In this document: positions 23,330 through 37,537 of the stretch, piece after piece
How the letters are laid out: every line of letters begins with the position of its first letter
Numbering within the stretch: the stretch's first letter is position 1
Source of the DNA: the human T2T-CHM13v2.0 reference genome, Homo sapiens
Assembly (NCBI RefSeq): GCF_009914755.1
Contig: NC_060926.1
Reading direction: 5' to 3' (one strand)
DNA: 64,000 bases
Notes under the pieces: generated by a model
Told to the model about the DNA's origin: nothing
What the model saw: the letters and a program-made list of their open reading frames with translations, nothing else
Databases searched by the model: none
Made by a program: the position numbers and the translations under genes

Positions 23330-23543
23330 TAAAATTCCATAATTCTTAATGTATGTTTCTCACGTATTTCTTACATCTTGTCAACTGCTATAAAATCTAT
23401 GGGAGATGCAAACCAAAATTTTATTTATTTTCCCTTTGCCTCTACCTTTCTATTTTTGTATTCCCTCATCCACCTTAATCGACTCTATCACACTTTTACC
23501 TTTTTTTTTTTTTTGTCATCCTTGCCACTGAGCAATGTCTTGG

Positions 23544-23913
23544 TGTATTAGTCCGTTTTCACACTGCTATAAAAAATACCCAAGACTGGGTAATTTATAA
23601 AGGAAAGAGGTTTAATTGACTCACAGTTTCACATGGCTGGGGAGGCCTCAGGAAACTTACAATCATGGCTGAAGGCTAAAAGGAAGCAAGCTTGGACCTT
23701 CTTGCGTGATGGCAGAAAGGGGCAAAGGGGAAAGAGCCCCTTATAAAACTATCAGATCATGTGAGAACACACTCACTATTACAAGAACAGCATGGGGGAA
23801 CCGCTCCCATGATCCAGTCAGCTCCCACCAGTTCTCTCCCTAGACACACGGGGATTATGAGGATTACAATTCAAGATGAGATTTGGGTGGGGATACCAAG
23901 CCTAACCACATCA
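23544..23913 (-). mobile_element. THE1D-like MaLR solo LTR
   Basis: TGTATTAGTCCGTTTTCACACTGCTAT...AACCACATCA; 5-bp TSD CTTGG. Confidence 0.92.
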
Positions 23914-24504
23914 CTTGGCTAATGCTGGGAACAGGAAAGTATCTGCCAAATGGTTTCTTTTCCCCCCATTGCTCCTGTTATTTCCTTTTACCACTGTGGT
24001 ATATGTGACTTGTGCCTCCTCTCCACCATCCTCCTCTCACCCCTATTCTGCCCCATGTGCTGCCACTTCCTGTTTTTCTTATTCTTGGTGTCCATACTGG
24101 CTTCTTTTCAGCATGTGCCACTCATTCCTAAGTGAACCATAGCTGCCATCTACAACAATGACAGAAGTATTATGTCCCTACTTTATTGATGCTCAAAAAC
24201 TAGAGGGTAATTGAATTACGCAAGCTAAACACTGAGTTTTGTTTTGTGTAATTTCCACTAGGATGTATCCTCTAGAAAGACAAGAAGGGAGGAGGGAATA
24301 AGATATGCTGACTCTCTGATGTGCCAAGCCATTCCAGTCAATTACATAAACATTATTAAATTTGTTTCCCACCACAATCCTATCAGACCAATATTATTAC
24401 TTCTGTTAAGGACTTACACAAGTAGATAACTTGTCTCAGTCTCCATAATAAGACCACATTAAAGAGATTTGACCATACAAAAGTTTAACTCTAGACTCCA
24501 TGAT

Positions 24505-25000
24505 TTTAAAACAGCTTTATTAAGGTATAATTAATGTATAAACACTGTACATACTGAACGGATACAATTTTTGAGTTTGGGCATATGCATATACTTATGA
24601 AACTATCACCATAGTCAAGGAAATAAACATATCCATTATTCCCAAAAGTTTCTAATGCCCCCCTTTTTTTATATTTGTTTTTCTTGTGAGAACACTTAAT
24701 ATGAAATACACTATCTTAACAAAATGTTTAAGGCACAATACAATATTGTTAACTTTAGGCACTGTTTGTAGAGAAGATCTCTAGAACTTATCTTGCATAT
24801 TTGAAACTTTATGCTCATTGAGTAACAACTCTGTATTTTCCCCTCTCTTTAGCTAGCATTTTATTCTGGCAACCAGCATTTTATTCTGTGCTTCTATGAG
24901 TTCATTTTTTTTCAATACCTCATATAAATGGGTGAATGCAGTATTTCTCCTTCTGTGATAGGCTTGTTTTATTTATTATAATTTCCTTCAGGTTCATCAA
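24505..25000 (-). mobile_element. L1MA9/L1MB-like 3' end (non-inverted part)
   Basis: ACAGCTTTATTAAGGTATAATT...AGATCTCTAGAACTTATC...CCTTCAGGTTCATC. Confidence 0.8.
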
Positions 25001-25004
25001 TATT

Positions 25005-25309
25005 ACAATGGGTGGGAATGTAAAAATGGTGTAGCCGCTATGAAAAACAGAGTGGAGCTTCTTCAAAAAAATTAAAATAGAGCTACCATATGACCCAGCA
25101 ATCCCTCTTCTAGATATATATCTAAAATACTTGAAATCAATATTGCAAAGGGAGAGCTGCACTCTCATGTTCATTGCAGCATGATTCACAATAGCCAAGA
25201 TATGGAAACAACCTAAATGATCATCAATTGATGAATGGACAAAAAAATGTGTAATATACATGCAAAAACTATTACTCATAATTTTTTAAATGGGACATCC
25301 TGTCAATTC
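25005..25309 (+). mobile_element. Inverted 5' segment of the same L1
   Basis: GGTGGGAATGTAAA...CCATATGACCCAGCAATCCC...ATCCTGTCAATT lies immediately upstream, in L1 coordinates, of the minus-strand piece. Confidence 0.8.
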
Positions 25310-25599
25310 CCATGATCATTTGTACCATAGCATGTATTTTTGTACTACTACTTACCTTTTTATTTAATCTGTGTGTCTTGTTTCCTGAAGAGGACAGACA
25401 CAAGATCCATTTTATTAGTGACCACAGAATTAAGGAAATAGTCTTGTATGTTAGTTTTACACATAAAATATTGGTTGATTGGTTGCCTTACTGCTGAAAC
25501 AAGCTAGGTGCTTGCATTGCTACATTATGTCATTTCCAGTTAACAAACAAAACAATTAACATCAATATTTTTAAAATGCTGAAAAGCAATAATACCATT

Positions 25600-26455
25600 T
25601 TAGTCTGGATACCAGCTAGGAAGCCATGGCATATTCAAACCGGATATTTGCAAGAGTTTAATTAAGGAACATTTAATAGGATTTAGAAAAGCTGAGATGA
25701 CACAAAGAAAAGATGGTGAAACTACACTTATATTAATCAGAGATCACATAAAGATTCAGGCACTGAGGAGGTATGGGAAAGAAAAAGTGATCCTGGGTAT
25801 CAACTCTGTTGTCTTAGATCCTTACCTGGTCCAGGTTGAAAGACGATGTTTTTAAGTAAAGTACCTTCTCAGACAGCAAGGAACATCTAAACATCTTTAT
25901 TTTCTGCACAGATAATTACATAATTTCTACTATTTTTCAAGGGAACTATGTCCCTGGACAATACATCTGTAGATTATTGGTTTCTTCACCTAAAGTAATC
26001 CTAAATAATCATACTTAAAGCATTCCATACCCTTAGTCTAGTTGCTAGAAGGTTGATTATCATGTTTACCTGTGGAATAGACTAGGTCTCCTGCCTTTAT
26101 TATTTTTCCAAGGAACATTTTATCATGAAAGTAAAGGAAGTGGGTTAGAAGCTACTTCCTTTCTTTTCCTAATTCCTTTCTTTCCCTAAATCAGCAGACT
26201 AATACTACTGCAGGGCACTCACTCCCTAGGGCAACAGAGGATGAAGAGAGACCTTGGAGGAGCTGTAGCCCTCAGGAAAGGGAAGCAGATCACCTTGCAG
26301 AAGGAAGCTAGGGGAATAGCTGTGCATAATTTTCTCCTACCCTTAAACCTCCAGCAAGTACCTCCCATTAGATCACATCAGTCAAACATCAGAAGGCAAA
26401 GAGGCTCCTTGTTACAGACCACACAGACTTCAAGACACAAAACAGGGTGGAGTTG
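25600..26455 (-). mobile_element. LTR33-like fragments (~25600-25730 and ~26200-26455)
   Basis: CCTCCCATTAG...CAGAAGGCAAAGAGGCTC...ACAGGGTGGAG resembles LTR33. Confidence 0.4.
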
Positions 26456-26962
26456 ACCAACTAAGAAGTAGTAAACTCTTACTAAACTGTAGTCAACCAA
26501 AAATTTTAGCTTAGGACATTTTTTGGCTATTGTTCCCAAACAATTCAAAAAAGATATACTTCTCATCTTCATCTTCTTTTAGGGGAATTTTACTACTTTT
26601 CATTGTATTTCAACCCAGAGTTTGAGGTTTCTTAGCTAGATCTTATTAATCCATCCTGTTGCCACTTGAGTACTTTAATTATTAAAGAAGTAGAAGAGGT
26701 AGTCTCCATTTTTTATAATAGCAAAACACCGTTAATATGTAACACATTTCCTATTCAGTTATCTACTGACACAATAAGCAGTATAGTTTCCTGACATATA
26801 TCATTTCATCTACCACATATACCATTGATCCTACATTTCAATGACTTACAATCAATTTGCAAGTATTTATTCAATAATTATTACATACCCAATACCATCC
26901 TAGGTAAAATGGGCTTACAGATGGGAGGGAAAACTCTCATTTTCAGAATTTTCAAAAATCTC

Positions 26963-27341
26963 TGTATTAGTTCATTTTTGCACTGCTATAAAGAACTTCC
27001 CTGAGACTGGGTAATTTATAAAGGAAACAGGTTTAATTGATTCACAGTTTTGCATGGCTGGGGAGGCCTCAGGAAACTTACAGTTGTGGTGAAACGGGAA
27101 GCAGGCACCTTTCTCACAAGCTGGCAATAGAGAAAGAGAGAGCATGTGAAGGAGGAGCTGTCAGACACTTACAAACCCATCAGACCTCTTGAGAATTCAC
27201 TCAATATCACTAGAACAGCATGGGGGAACCACCCCCACGATCCAATCATCTCCAGCCAGGTTCCTTCCTCGACCCATGGGGATTATGGGGATCCTAATTC
27301 TAGATGAGATTTGGGTAGGAACACTGAGCCAAACCATATCA
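26963..27341 (-). mobile_element. THE1D-like MaLR solo LTR
   Basis: TGTATTAGTTCATTTTTGCACTGCTATAAAG...AAACCATATCA; 5-bp TSD ATCTC. Confidence 0.92.
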
Positions 27342-27714
27342 ATCTCCAAATAATATTTATTAAAATAGTTCAAAGTAGTTCTATTCAATAAATGATTATA
27401 AGTTCTATTATAAAAGATATTTAAACACTTTAAATAAATGTATTGCAAATAACTTGCCCTATTCTTCAAATTGTGTTCATTGACAGCTAGCAATGATGTT
27501 CACATTGTATAAATTTTCATTAGAAATACAGGATATATTTTTAACCTTCTTTTTCAAACTTAGACGCTGTTTCTGGTACAGATATTTTTTCCCTACTGTT
27601 CATTTTCCTTTTGCAAACTTAATGAGAAAATGATGAGTCATAGAAGAGATTGGAGATGATTCATCAGACAATTCAAATTTGTTGAAAATCTATAAAACAA
27701 AGCCCTTTTATAGG

Positions 27715-27910
27715 CACCATGTGGCAAAGAAAATTGATTTCTAAAGTCAGATAACATGAGTTCAAATCCCAGCTTTCCCCTTATTAATGCTGAGATTTTA
27801 CTCTTGCTATTTAACTTTTAAGCCCCCAAGTCTTCATTGCTAACAAGAAGTAATTTTCATTTCTACTCTATATGAATAGGAAAATGTACCATAAATTAAG
27901 GTATTGTACA
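27715..27910 (+). mobile_element. MIR fragment
   Basis: AAGTCAGATAACATGAGTTCAAATCCCAGCT. Confidence 0.55.
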
Positions 27911-29019
27911 AAGGTAGTTTTTGGCATTAAGAACATGGGAAAGTATGGTCTCTCCATCTCATGGAAATGCAAATGCTGCACACCCACTCCACTTGGAGCT
28001 GCTTTGCTTTTGTTCTGACCCTGATGGTTCTGGCAGGGTGGATGGGAGAAGTCAGTGAGCCCTGAGTGAGGTCATCATACTTTTAAAACAGGCTTCTGTT
28101 TTCTGTGAAAAGTCCCTTGAATCAAGATGAACCACCGCCTATGCATCCCTGAAGACCTGCTGGCATGATAATGAAGGAACCTGGCTGCCCTCATAGTTCA
28201 ATCAAAACCCTTTACACTTCCTCCATAAAAGATCGGGGTGTGAATGCCTGAACTAAACTTTTCCTTGGGGAGTGAGCGCTGCATAGATCAGAAAAAAAAA
28301 AAAAAAAAAAACCTAGAAAAAAACATAAAGTAAAAGTTAAAAAGCTATTTTACTGGAAATAAATCAGTTTTTGCACTTTCCTGGGTGGACAGATCATCAA
28401 AAAGGATTGTTCATCTACAATTGTATCTCCCAGGTGTCCATCCTTTCATCCCCTCAAAGTCTGGATGCTTTTTTCATGTTCCACTATCATTAACCCAACA
28501 AAGTCACAGCTGCCACCCCAAGACCTTTGCTTAATGAGAAAATAAACTGAAGGCATTTGGGGAAAGAATTTTAAATGGAATCTCATTAATTTGTTGTTTC
28601 AGAAAGCAGTCACCATTAGCAATCATTCCATTGCTTCAAACAGAGAAGATGTTTTATGCAATCCAGTATATTATGCCCCCTCTCTGCGGGAAGGGACCAG
28701 GGCTAATGTCAGAGCTTGCCTTGTCATTCTGACTATACTGCAGCATTTCCTGGAAAACTGGAGGCATTTATATTCTTTCATTTTCTAATCTACTTAGAGG
28801 TTACTTCATGTTTTATTTAAGCTGGAAAGTCATCTTTAATCTAACACAAGAGGAATAGCTGCCTCACTGGGATTCTTCCAGTGACTTGATCCTTCCTCAT
28901 GGCGTTCACGTCACTTAAGACCTGTAGGTAAGTCCAGTCGTTAAGTGATAATATTATATTCCTGGTTTTGACTCACTGCTCCCAGGACCACCTAACTCAT
29001 AGATCCTGAAAGCGTATAT

Positions 29020-30010
29020 TTTAATTTCAGTTCCCCTGAAGCAAGAATTATCCTGTTGGTAGCTTATTTGGAGGTGATTTTAGGATGCATAAGTGAGGGA
29101 TGGGAGAAAGAAAGAGAAAGGAGAAAATCCAATAAATATCTCATTATTTCGTTTTCACTGTGGGCTACTGGAATTCAAGAGCAAAGGAGACCCTGAGAAA
29201 CTTACCACTGAAATAAGGAAGGCTGAGTTCATATCTGGTAGCGGGACATCCCTCATCATGCTGACTCCCCAACCCTCCTGGGCTGTGACAGAGCAGGAGC
29301 ACTGTCATCTGGGACAAACACCACCACTTTAGGTTCCAGTTCCCTTTCTAGCCTCATGCATTACAAGGAGATCATTTCTATTCTAACAAGCAGACAGAAA
29401 GAGCAGACAGTAAAACAAAGGTAAGACAGCCCAGGCACAGCGGGAAGTAGGGGGAAAGTCTCTTGGGTAACTGCCAAACTTCACCCTCACACAATGGGCC
29501 CCAGTAAAACAGCGGGCTTTAATAAGCACATTCCTTTCTCTTCAGATGCACTAAGATAGGGAAGCTAAAAGCAGACTTGGGGGATATGCCTGCAGCTGCA
29601 GAAAGATTTATGGGAACAGACACACAACTCTCCCTCTCAGATAAGCACAACAAAGAGACACAGAAGAAGTCCAAGCCTCTAATAAACTTCCCTACCCTAA
29701 ATCCTTAAAAACTCTTAGCCTGTAAGCGAGTGTGGCTCTGAGCTAACTCAGCCAGCCGCCCCAGGTTTATTTAAAATAAACCTGTCCTTGTTGACCGAAA
29801 CGCCACCCTTCATGTTTCTCTCCTCTTTCTTGAATTCTTATAGGCTGTACCTGCGTTCGGGCTGATGTGCCTCCCGTGGCTTCTGAGAAAGCAGAGAGAA
29901 CATAGCCATGTGAAGGAATTGCCCATTCCAGCTATGTTGAAATCAGGGACAAGGGACCTCTGCTCCAGGGTAGAGCATGAGTTCTAAGAGGTGTGGGTGG
30001 CTGCTTATGC
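29020..30010 (-). mobile_element. LTR16C-like old LTR, interrupted by LTR19
   Basis: TTCCCCTGAAGCA...TTATTTGGAGGTGAT...CCAATAAA...CACTGTGGGCTACTGGA. Confidence 0.5.
29286..29842 (+). mobile_element. LTR19 (B-like) ERV1 solo LTR
   Basis: Starts TGACAGAGCAGGAGCACTGTCATCTGGGACAAACACC; AATAAA; 5-bp TSD GGCTG on both sides. Confidence 0.85.
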
Positions 30011-30340
30011 AGTGGAAAGCTGCATTTAATGTATCTTATGTTTTTGCCTCTTTTCAGCCAATGGAATTGCATGTTACAAGATTCAAAGCCACAGACTTAA
30101 CAACATTATACTGTGCACTAGACAAAGCAATGCTGAGTTTCAGTTCCAGTTGTAAGCCCACCTAGTTATGTAACATCATTCATGGGAAGGCCTCAGATTT
30201 TTTTCAAGAGTGCTATGAAAATTATGGCTTTACATAGAATAAATGTGAAGGGGAAAAATTCACCTTGATACCACTGGCCTCTCTCTGTAATGTTTTTCAT
30301 TGCTATTTCCTCCTCTCATTTTATTTTAGTTATAGGATTA

Positions 30341-30621
30341 TTGTTTTAGAGACAAGATCTCACTCTGTTGCCCAGTCTGGAGTGCAGTGGCAACATCATA
30401 GCTCACTGCCGCCTGGAGCTCCTGGGCTCAAGAGATTCCCTCACCTCAGCCTCCTGCATAGCTGGGACTAAAGGTGTGTGCCACCATGCCTGGCTAATTA
30501 TTTTAGAGACATAGTCTTGCTATGTTAACCCAGGATGGTCTTGAACCCTGACCTCAAGTGACCCACCAACCTCAGCCTCTGGAGTCACTGGGATTTCAGA
30601 TGTAAGTCACCATGTCCAGCT
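30341..30621 (-). mobile_element. AluJ (Jo/Jr-like)
   Basis: ATCATAGCTCACTGC...CTCCTGGGCTCAAG; highly diverged dimer. Confidence 0.9.
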
Positions 30622-31536
30622 GTTCCCTTTCATTTGAGAAGTCCCATTGTCTCAAGTTATTCTTCCTCTTTCTCCTTTCAACATCTTTCATTAGTAATAG
30701 ATTTATTAGACTTATTTTACTAGGGTTTGGGAGTTGTTTGGGAAATATTTGCATTTAGTTAGGAGGTAAGAAGATGCAGTACAAATGGGTCAAATTCTGT
30801 TTGCGAAATTTCAGCATTTAGACGACTTGAGGGAGATATAAGAGGAAGATAATAGCAAAGGTAAGTTGACTGCTGATGGGGAACATAATGTCATCTTCTG
30901 GTATGAGATTAGAACTCATGGAATTGATATTCCCTAATGTTATATATGTTTGGATAATAGTTCTAAGTTACTTCATTTTTAAAACATGTATAGATATAAA
31001 ATCTTGGGAAATGCATTCTTTCTCTGATGACTATTTGGATACTATCTTTGTTTATTTGCATTGTATGTTTCTTTGAAGAAATATAAGGTTTTCATGCTCT
31101 TCCTCAATTATAGCACTTGATTTTATTTTTGTCTTGATGGCTATAGAGTTTTATTTTTATACTTTATGAAAATAACTTTATTTTGAGATGCCCTTGTATT
31201 TTTCATACTCTATTACTATTATTATTATTTTCCTAACATAAATAGAGTTTGCTCTTTCAATCTGTAAGTTCAGGCCTTCATTAACTTCTAGAAAGCGCTT
31301 CTCATATATGTCTTTGAACATTTTCTCTATCTTGTTGTTGCGTTCTCTTTTTTAGGAGTACCAATTAAGCTCTCTCATGGCCCCCCTACTCCATCATTCT
31401 TTAATATCTATTTCATTTATTCATTTGCACAAGTCTGTCCTCCATTTCTCTGATCATGTCTGCAGACATGTTTCTGAAATAATATATTTTATTTGCCTCA
31501 TCTCATATTAATCTCCTAATATATTTATTTTCCTAA

Positions 31537-31960
<424 letters not shown>

Positions 31961-32149
31961 GAAAATCTTTTTATAATTTTACTTGATCATTGGAAAAAAA
32001 AATCTTAATCCAAATATTATAAAGCTTATTTACTTTTCTTAGTGTACATTTTCTGATATACGTTTTGTGTCTGGCTGTGATATTTCAGGTAGCTTTTTTC
32101 TTATCGGTGTGTTGTTTATAAACTATTAAATATTTTGACTTCTCTCTTT

Positions 32150-32605
32150 AATACTTTAACTTAAGTACCAATGCATACCATACAAATTAAAGATCTTAAG
32201 AGTTATATAAAAGTTATAACGTGATTAATCTTGATAAATGCATGCATCCATGAACTAAGCTCCTATCAAGATGCAAAACATTTCCATCATCTCAGAAACT
32301 TCTATGTTGTCCTTTCATAGTCAATCTCCAGCTTCTTCCTAGAGGAAAACACTGTTTTAATTTAATACACCACAGATTAGTTTAACTTGTTCTTGAACTT
32401 CATAAAAATGGAATTATAAAACATATTCTCTTGTGAGTCTGTTTAATTCATCTTTGTTGCATGCATTAGTAGTTTACTCATTTTTGTTGATGAGTTGTGT
32501 TTTATTGCATGGATACATGAAAATTTGTTTATTCATTGTGTTATTGATGGGCATCTGGGTTGTTTTATTTTTGGATATCATTAAAAATTGCTATGATCTG
32601 TTTTT
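32150..32605 (-). mobile_element. L1ME 3' fragment
   Basis: CAAAACATTTCCATCATCTCAGAAA...GTTCTTGAACTTCATAAAAATGGAAT...TTGATGGGCATCTGGGTTGTT. Confidence 0.7.
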
Positions 32606-33129
32606 TATTATTAATCATTAACTGGAGGTATTTTCTACTGCTTGATAGTTAAGAAAATAGTGTGGACTAAATTATTGGTCACAGGAGCTTAAGTGTTGGT
32701 CTATTGATGGTTGATTTTCACATCATCACTCGTCTTGGTAGCTGTGACTGTACTCTGGGCTAGCAGCAAGTCTCCAATACTCAAAGTGAAGACTCCTTCC
32801 ACCTCCTACTCTTATTCTTTAGTCAAAGTACTTTATGTGGTGATTTATTCTTTATGATTCTGCTCATCAAGAACAGCAAGGAAATGTTCCTTCTGTTTTG
32901 TCAAACCAGCAGCTTGCATCTTACAGAGATGATGTGCCTGCAGCTTTCCTCACCCTGCTCTGTCTTGCTTGACACTGTCTGACAGTTAACAGTGCTCAGA
33001 CACTTCCTAACAGCTGCCTTCCTCTCACCAAGCTTTTTATTCTAAACTAGAGCTATTGGTTTGCTCCTCAAATTGTGAGTTCCTTGGAAAACTTATGCTT
33101 CATCTTCTTTATGGGAGAGAAGAAAACAC

Positions 33130-33335
33130 ATTATTAACTTTTGCGTCTGACTATGTGGCAGACACTGTTCCATGCAGCCTGCATGTAAGGACTCATTCTT
33201 CACAACCCCTACATGAGGTGCCCTGAGTATTTATACTCTGTTACATGTGAGAAAACTGAGGCACAGAAAATAACTAACTTGCCCAAAGTTATGGCTACTA
33301 AGTAATAAAAGAGGGCTTTGAGCCTCTCTGAATCA
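33130..33335 (-). mobile_element. MIR
   Basis: CTTCACAACCCT...GAGAAAACTGAGGCACAGA...AACTTGCCCAAAGTTA. Confidence 0.75.
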
Positions 33336-33734
33336 TACACTGCCACTCTGAAGAAGTTTATGGTATGATTTGTATAATGTTTGGAATATCTTTTTATTGA
33401 CTAGATTCCTGAGACATGGCTGTGTACACTTTTCTTTAAAGATAAAGTTTCTTTTTTCCTGCTTGTCTTCATTTTTTTTTTTTGTATTATACAATGTCGA
33501 GAAAAGAAAAAGGAGAGGAAACTTTTTTCTGCCATTGTTAACAGAAAGTTCAGAATTTATTTTAAATGGCACCTTGAGTCCAGTGAAATTATTTTTCTAA
33601 TTACTCAGAATGGGCATTTTGTTAACCCTCTAATTGAGGTCCATGTATTATGAGTATAGATATTGACAAGGTAAAGCTTCTGGTAGAAAGGGAAGTACAT
33701 GGCTGCTATCTTAGTTTGTGGTTCTTATGCTTGC

Positions 33735-34045
<311 letters not shown>

Positions 34046-34496
34046 TTATGCCTGTTTTTAACACAGCAGAGGCCACGATGCAGTGGAAAAAAGTCAATCC
34101 ATCAAATCTAGTTTATATCCCTCCTGGCTGAATATTTCCCCCTTCTTCATGGATCCATGACTTATGGCCTACTGAAGCAACAAGGACAAAGAGGAGCAGA
34201 GCCTCAGAGAACGTCAGGCTGAAGACCAATGTTGCTACAAAGTGACACCAACTTCTGCTTAGAGAGAAAATCTCTCAAAAATGTAGAGGATTGTTAGCCT
34301 GAAAAATCTGGACAGAAGACCACCTGAAGGCAGGGGAGGCCTAGGAAGGGAGGGGCACATAAGTTACTAAATACCCTCTGTGGAATAAACATATGGATGG
34401 GACCATGTTGCACCCAGTTCGTACTTTGTACATGAAGATTTTAGTAAATTTTACAATTGAAAAGCATATTGTAAGCACTTAATATTTAAGATTGTA

Positions 34497-34577
34497 TTAG
34501 GTTGGTGCAAAAGTAATCACGGTTTTTGCTATTACTTTCAATGGCAAAAAACCGTGATAATTTTTGCACCAACTCAA
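34497..34577. mobile_element. MADE1 (Hsmar1-derived MITE)
   Basis: TTAGGTTGGTGCAAAAGTAATCACGG...CCGTGATAATTTTTGCACCAACTCAA palindrome with TA TSDs. Confidence 0.95.
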
Positions 34578-36089
34578 TACAAGCTATGCTGAAGAGATTC
34601 ATAAGAAAAATAATAATTGTTCTCAAACTAAGGCAGAGCTATGGTACCACTCAAAGCATTACATTTTTCCACCTTCCATTCAAGCCTTGACCACAAGCAT
34701 GGAGAATAATTCTCTTCTTAATAGACTTTTCATTTACTGCATAAAGTATAGCACAATGCTGCAATTTTCAAAATTGAACCTGTTCAAGAAATCATTAGTA
34801 TTCAACTAAAAATATCCTCTTTGCCAAACTATATATTTGCTGACTCCAAAAATATGGTCTGAGCTAACTCAAATAAGTAGTAAAAATTTAATCATATATT
34901 TGTACATGCTTTTACTTACTATATTCTAATTATTTATTTCAAAGATTTTGGTTATTTAGGCTTTATATTTTATTTTTCTTAGGCTTTATATCGTAATATA
35001 CTAAGAAGCATGGCTATATCATACAGGTTAATCATTTGTTATTGGAAGCAGTGGTTGTCAGCTAAAACATTTTAAATTCATGATGCATCATAGCCACTTT
35101 ATGAAGAGCAACAATTTTCAAAATTTGGGGATAGAGCAACTCAAGCCATTTTCTAATAAATGGGGTGGGGACATTTGTCGGTATATATCCTTGATATGGA
35201 TCCACTAACAATCCCAAGATGAAGAGAATGTTTATCATTATAATACACTTCAGCAGTGGCATGGTACAGCAGCAGAATCTTCCCAGAGTTCATTATCAAG
35301 GCCTGACTCTAGTCTGTTCACAGCACTTACTAACCCTTTGCCTTAGAGAAAGTCACTATTTTTCCAAAGCTTCAGTTTTCATGCCCCAAAAAGTAAATTA
35401 TTTCTGACTCTTGTTGGTCACGGGCATTTTACATGGCCCAATAACTAAACTTAACTCTACGTATTATTATAGTATTAGAAATATGTTCAAGTTAAGAAAC
35501 AATATCCTTAAATCTCCAAACAATCTAACTCTTATTATGCGTAAGTTTCATAATACTATATTTTATTCTATGCCATTACAGGGCAAACACTTATTGACAA
35601 AGAATCACACTTCTGTGCTTAGGGTCTTGCACCTGAAAGCACGATAAATAGAACCATGGTGCTATGCAGGTGCAAAGAACCAAAAGCCATTGGATACAGG
35701 ACATGGTTGGTGATGGAATAGGCATTAATCAACTTACTTATCTGAAGAAAGTATTATAAAAATGGACATCTAGAGTATATTCTGGAGGAAAAAACAACAT
35801 TTGCAATTAATACACAATAGTATAGTCAGTACACAGACTGGTACTTCTTGAGCAGATGTTTCTGTTGTATAGGGACAGTGAAAATGTAAAGCAATAAATT
35901 TTAGGATTTCTTTGTTTTAAACATATTTAGTGGAAAATTGAACCAGTGACAGTGAGACAAGATCATTACTTTAATGACTATCAGCAATAGAAACTGATAG
36001 AAGTGTTTACAGTTAAAATTTTTATCAAAGTATAATCAAGCTTCTGAAGGATTAAAATTAAAAACAAAAACCAAAATGTTTATCAAAAT

Positions 36090-36320
36090 AATAGCTAACA
36101 TTTACTGAGCTCTTTCTCCACGACAAAGAAACAAGGGCTTCACATAAATTATCTGTTCTACTTGTGACCACATTTCAATGAATTAGATATTATTACTACT
36201 CCATTTTATAGACAAAGGCACTTTTCTCAATCCTAGAGAGTTTGGCTAAGGTCAAACAATTAATAAAGAAGAGAGGCAAGATTTGACTCTTATGCAGCTG
36301 AATCAAAGGTTCATGATCCG
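36090..36320 (-). mobile_element. MIR
   Basis: ATAATAGCTAACATTTACTGAGC...ATTATTACTACTCCATTTTATAGA. Confidence 0.65.
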
Positions 36321-37213
36321 AATATTGTATTATCTATGTTATTCATGCTCTGAAATAATGATATTTCTAGTTGATCTCAAGGTGATCATAAAGTGAAACA
36401 GAAGGTTGACATCTCCCATAAAATTATGGAAATGGGAACACATTTTTCAATACTTGGTTACTTAAACTACTCATGAGTCAAAGACAACTAGAGTAGAGGA
36501 GCAGATTTAGGTACAATGAGAATATAAAAGAAAACATATTCCATGGTTTGCCAGATGAGTGACTGTCTTCATGAAAAATACATAAATAAATAAAAACCCT
36601 AGTTTGGAATCACTTGAAACCAAGGCCAGAGTTCTTTAACACCAGAAGTATTCAGCAAGTTCCTGGAGCAATGGCAAACCAGAAACGGAAGTGTGGCTTT
36701 GTAGTGGAAATGAGAAGACAGCAGAGTGGGAGACACGAACACCTGAAGCAAGACAGATGAAGGTCTCTGCGCATGAGTTCTGAGGGCTTGTTTAATGTCT
36801 CCCGGCACATGCAGTTGGGCTGGGAATGGAAAATTAAATGAGACAAATGACCTCAAGTGTTGCTAGCTTTCAGAAATCATCAGGAAATGAAGACAAATAT
36901 GAGCCAATTGATAACCCTCTGAGGCACACACATATGGCTACAAGATTTGTGGGGCTTCAGCATCCCATACCATCCACTTCATTGGCTTGAGTGAGAATGG
37001 AAACACAGAATCTACAGACTATAGATCTAGAATCTGCCTATTTTCTGATCTCCAAAAATCCCATCATTAGCTTTCATTATTCCCTTAACTGCACATAAGC
37101 TAGTGTTTTAATTAAGCACATAGATTTGTTACATATCAAAGTCAGATTTCTATTACATGGCTGTAGTGTAGTGTAAATATAGCCAAATGGATTCTACTTA
37201 CAAACACATATGA

Positions 37214-37537
<324 letters not shown>

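Noticed and set aside
23544-27341. Two co-oriented THE1D LTRs as one provirus
   Set aside because: Each has its own TSD (CTTGG and ATCTC) and the interval holds L1/L2/LTR relics, not THE1 internal sequence
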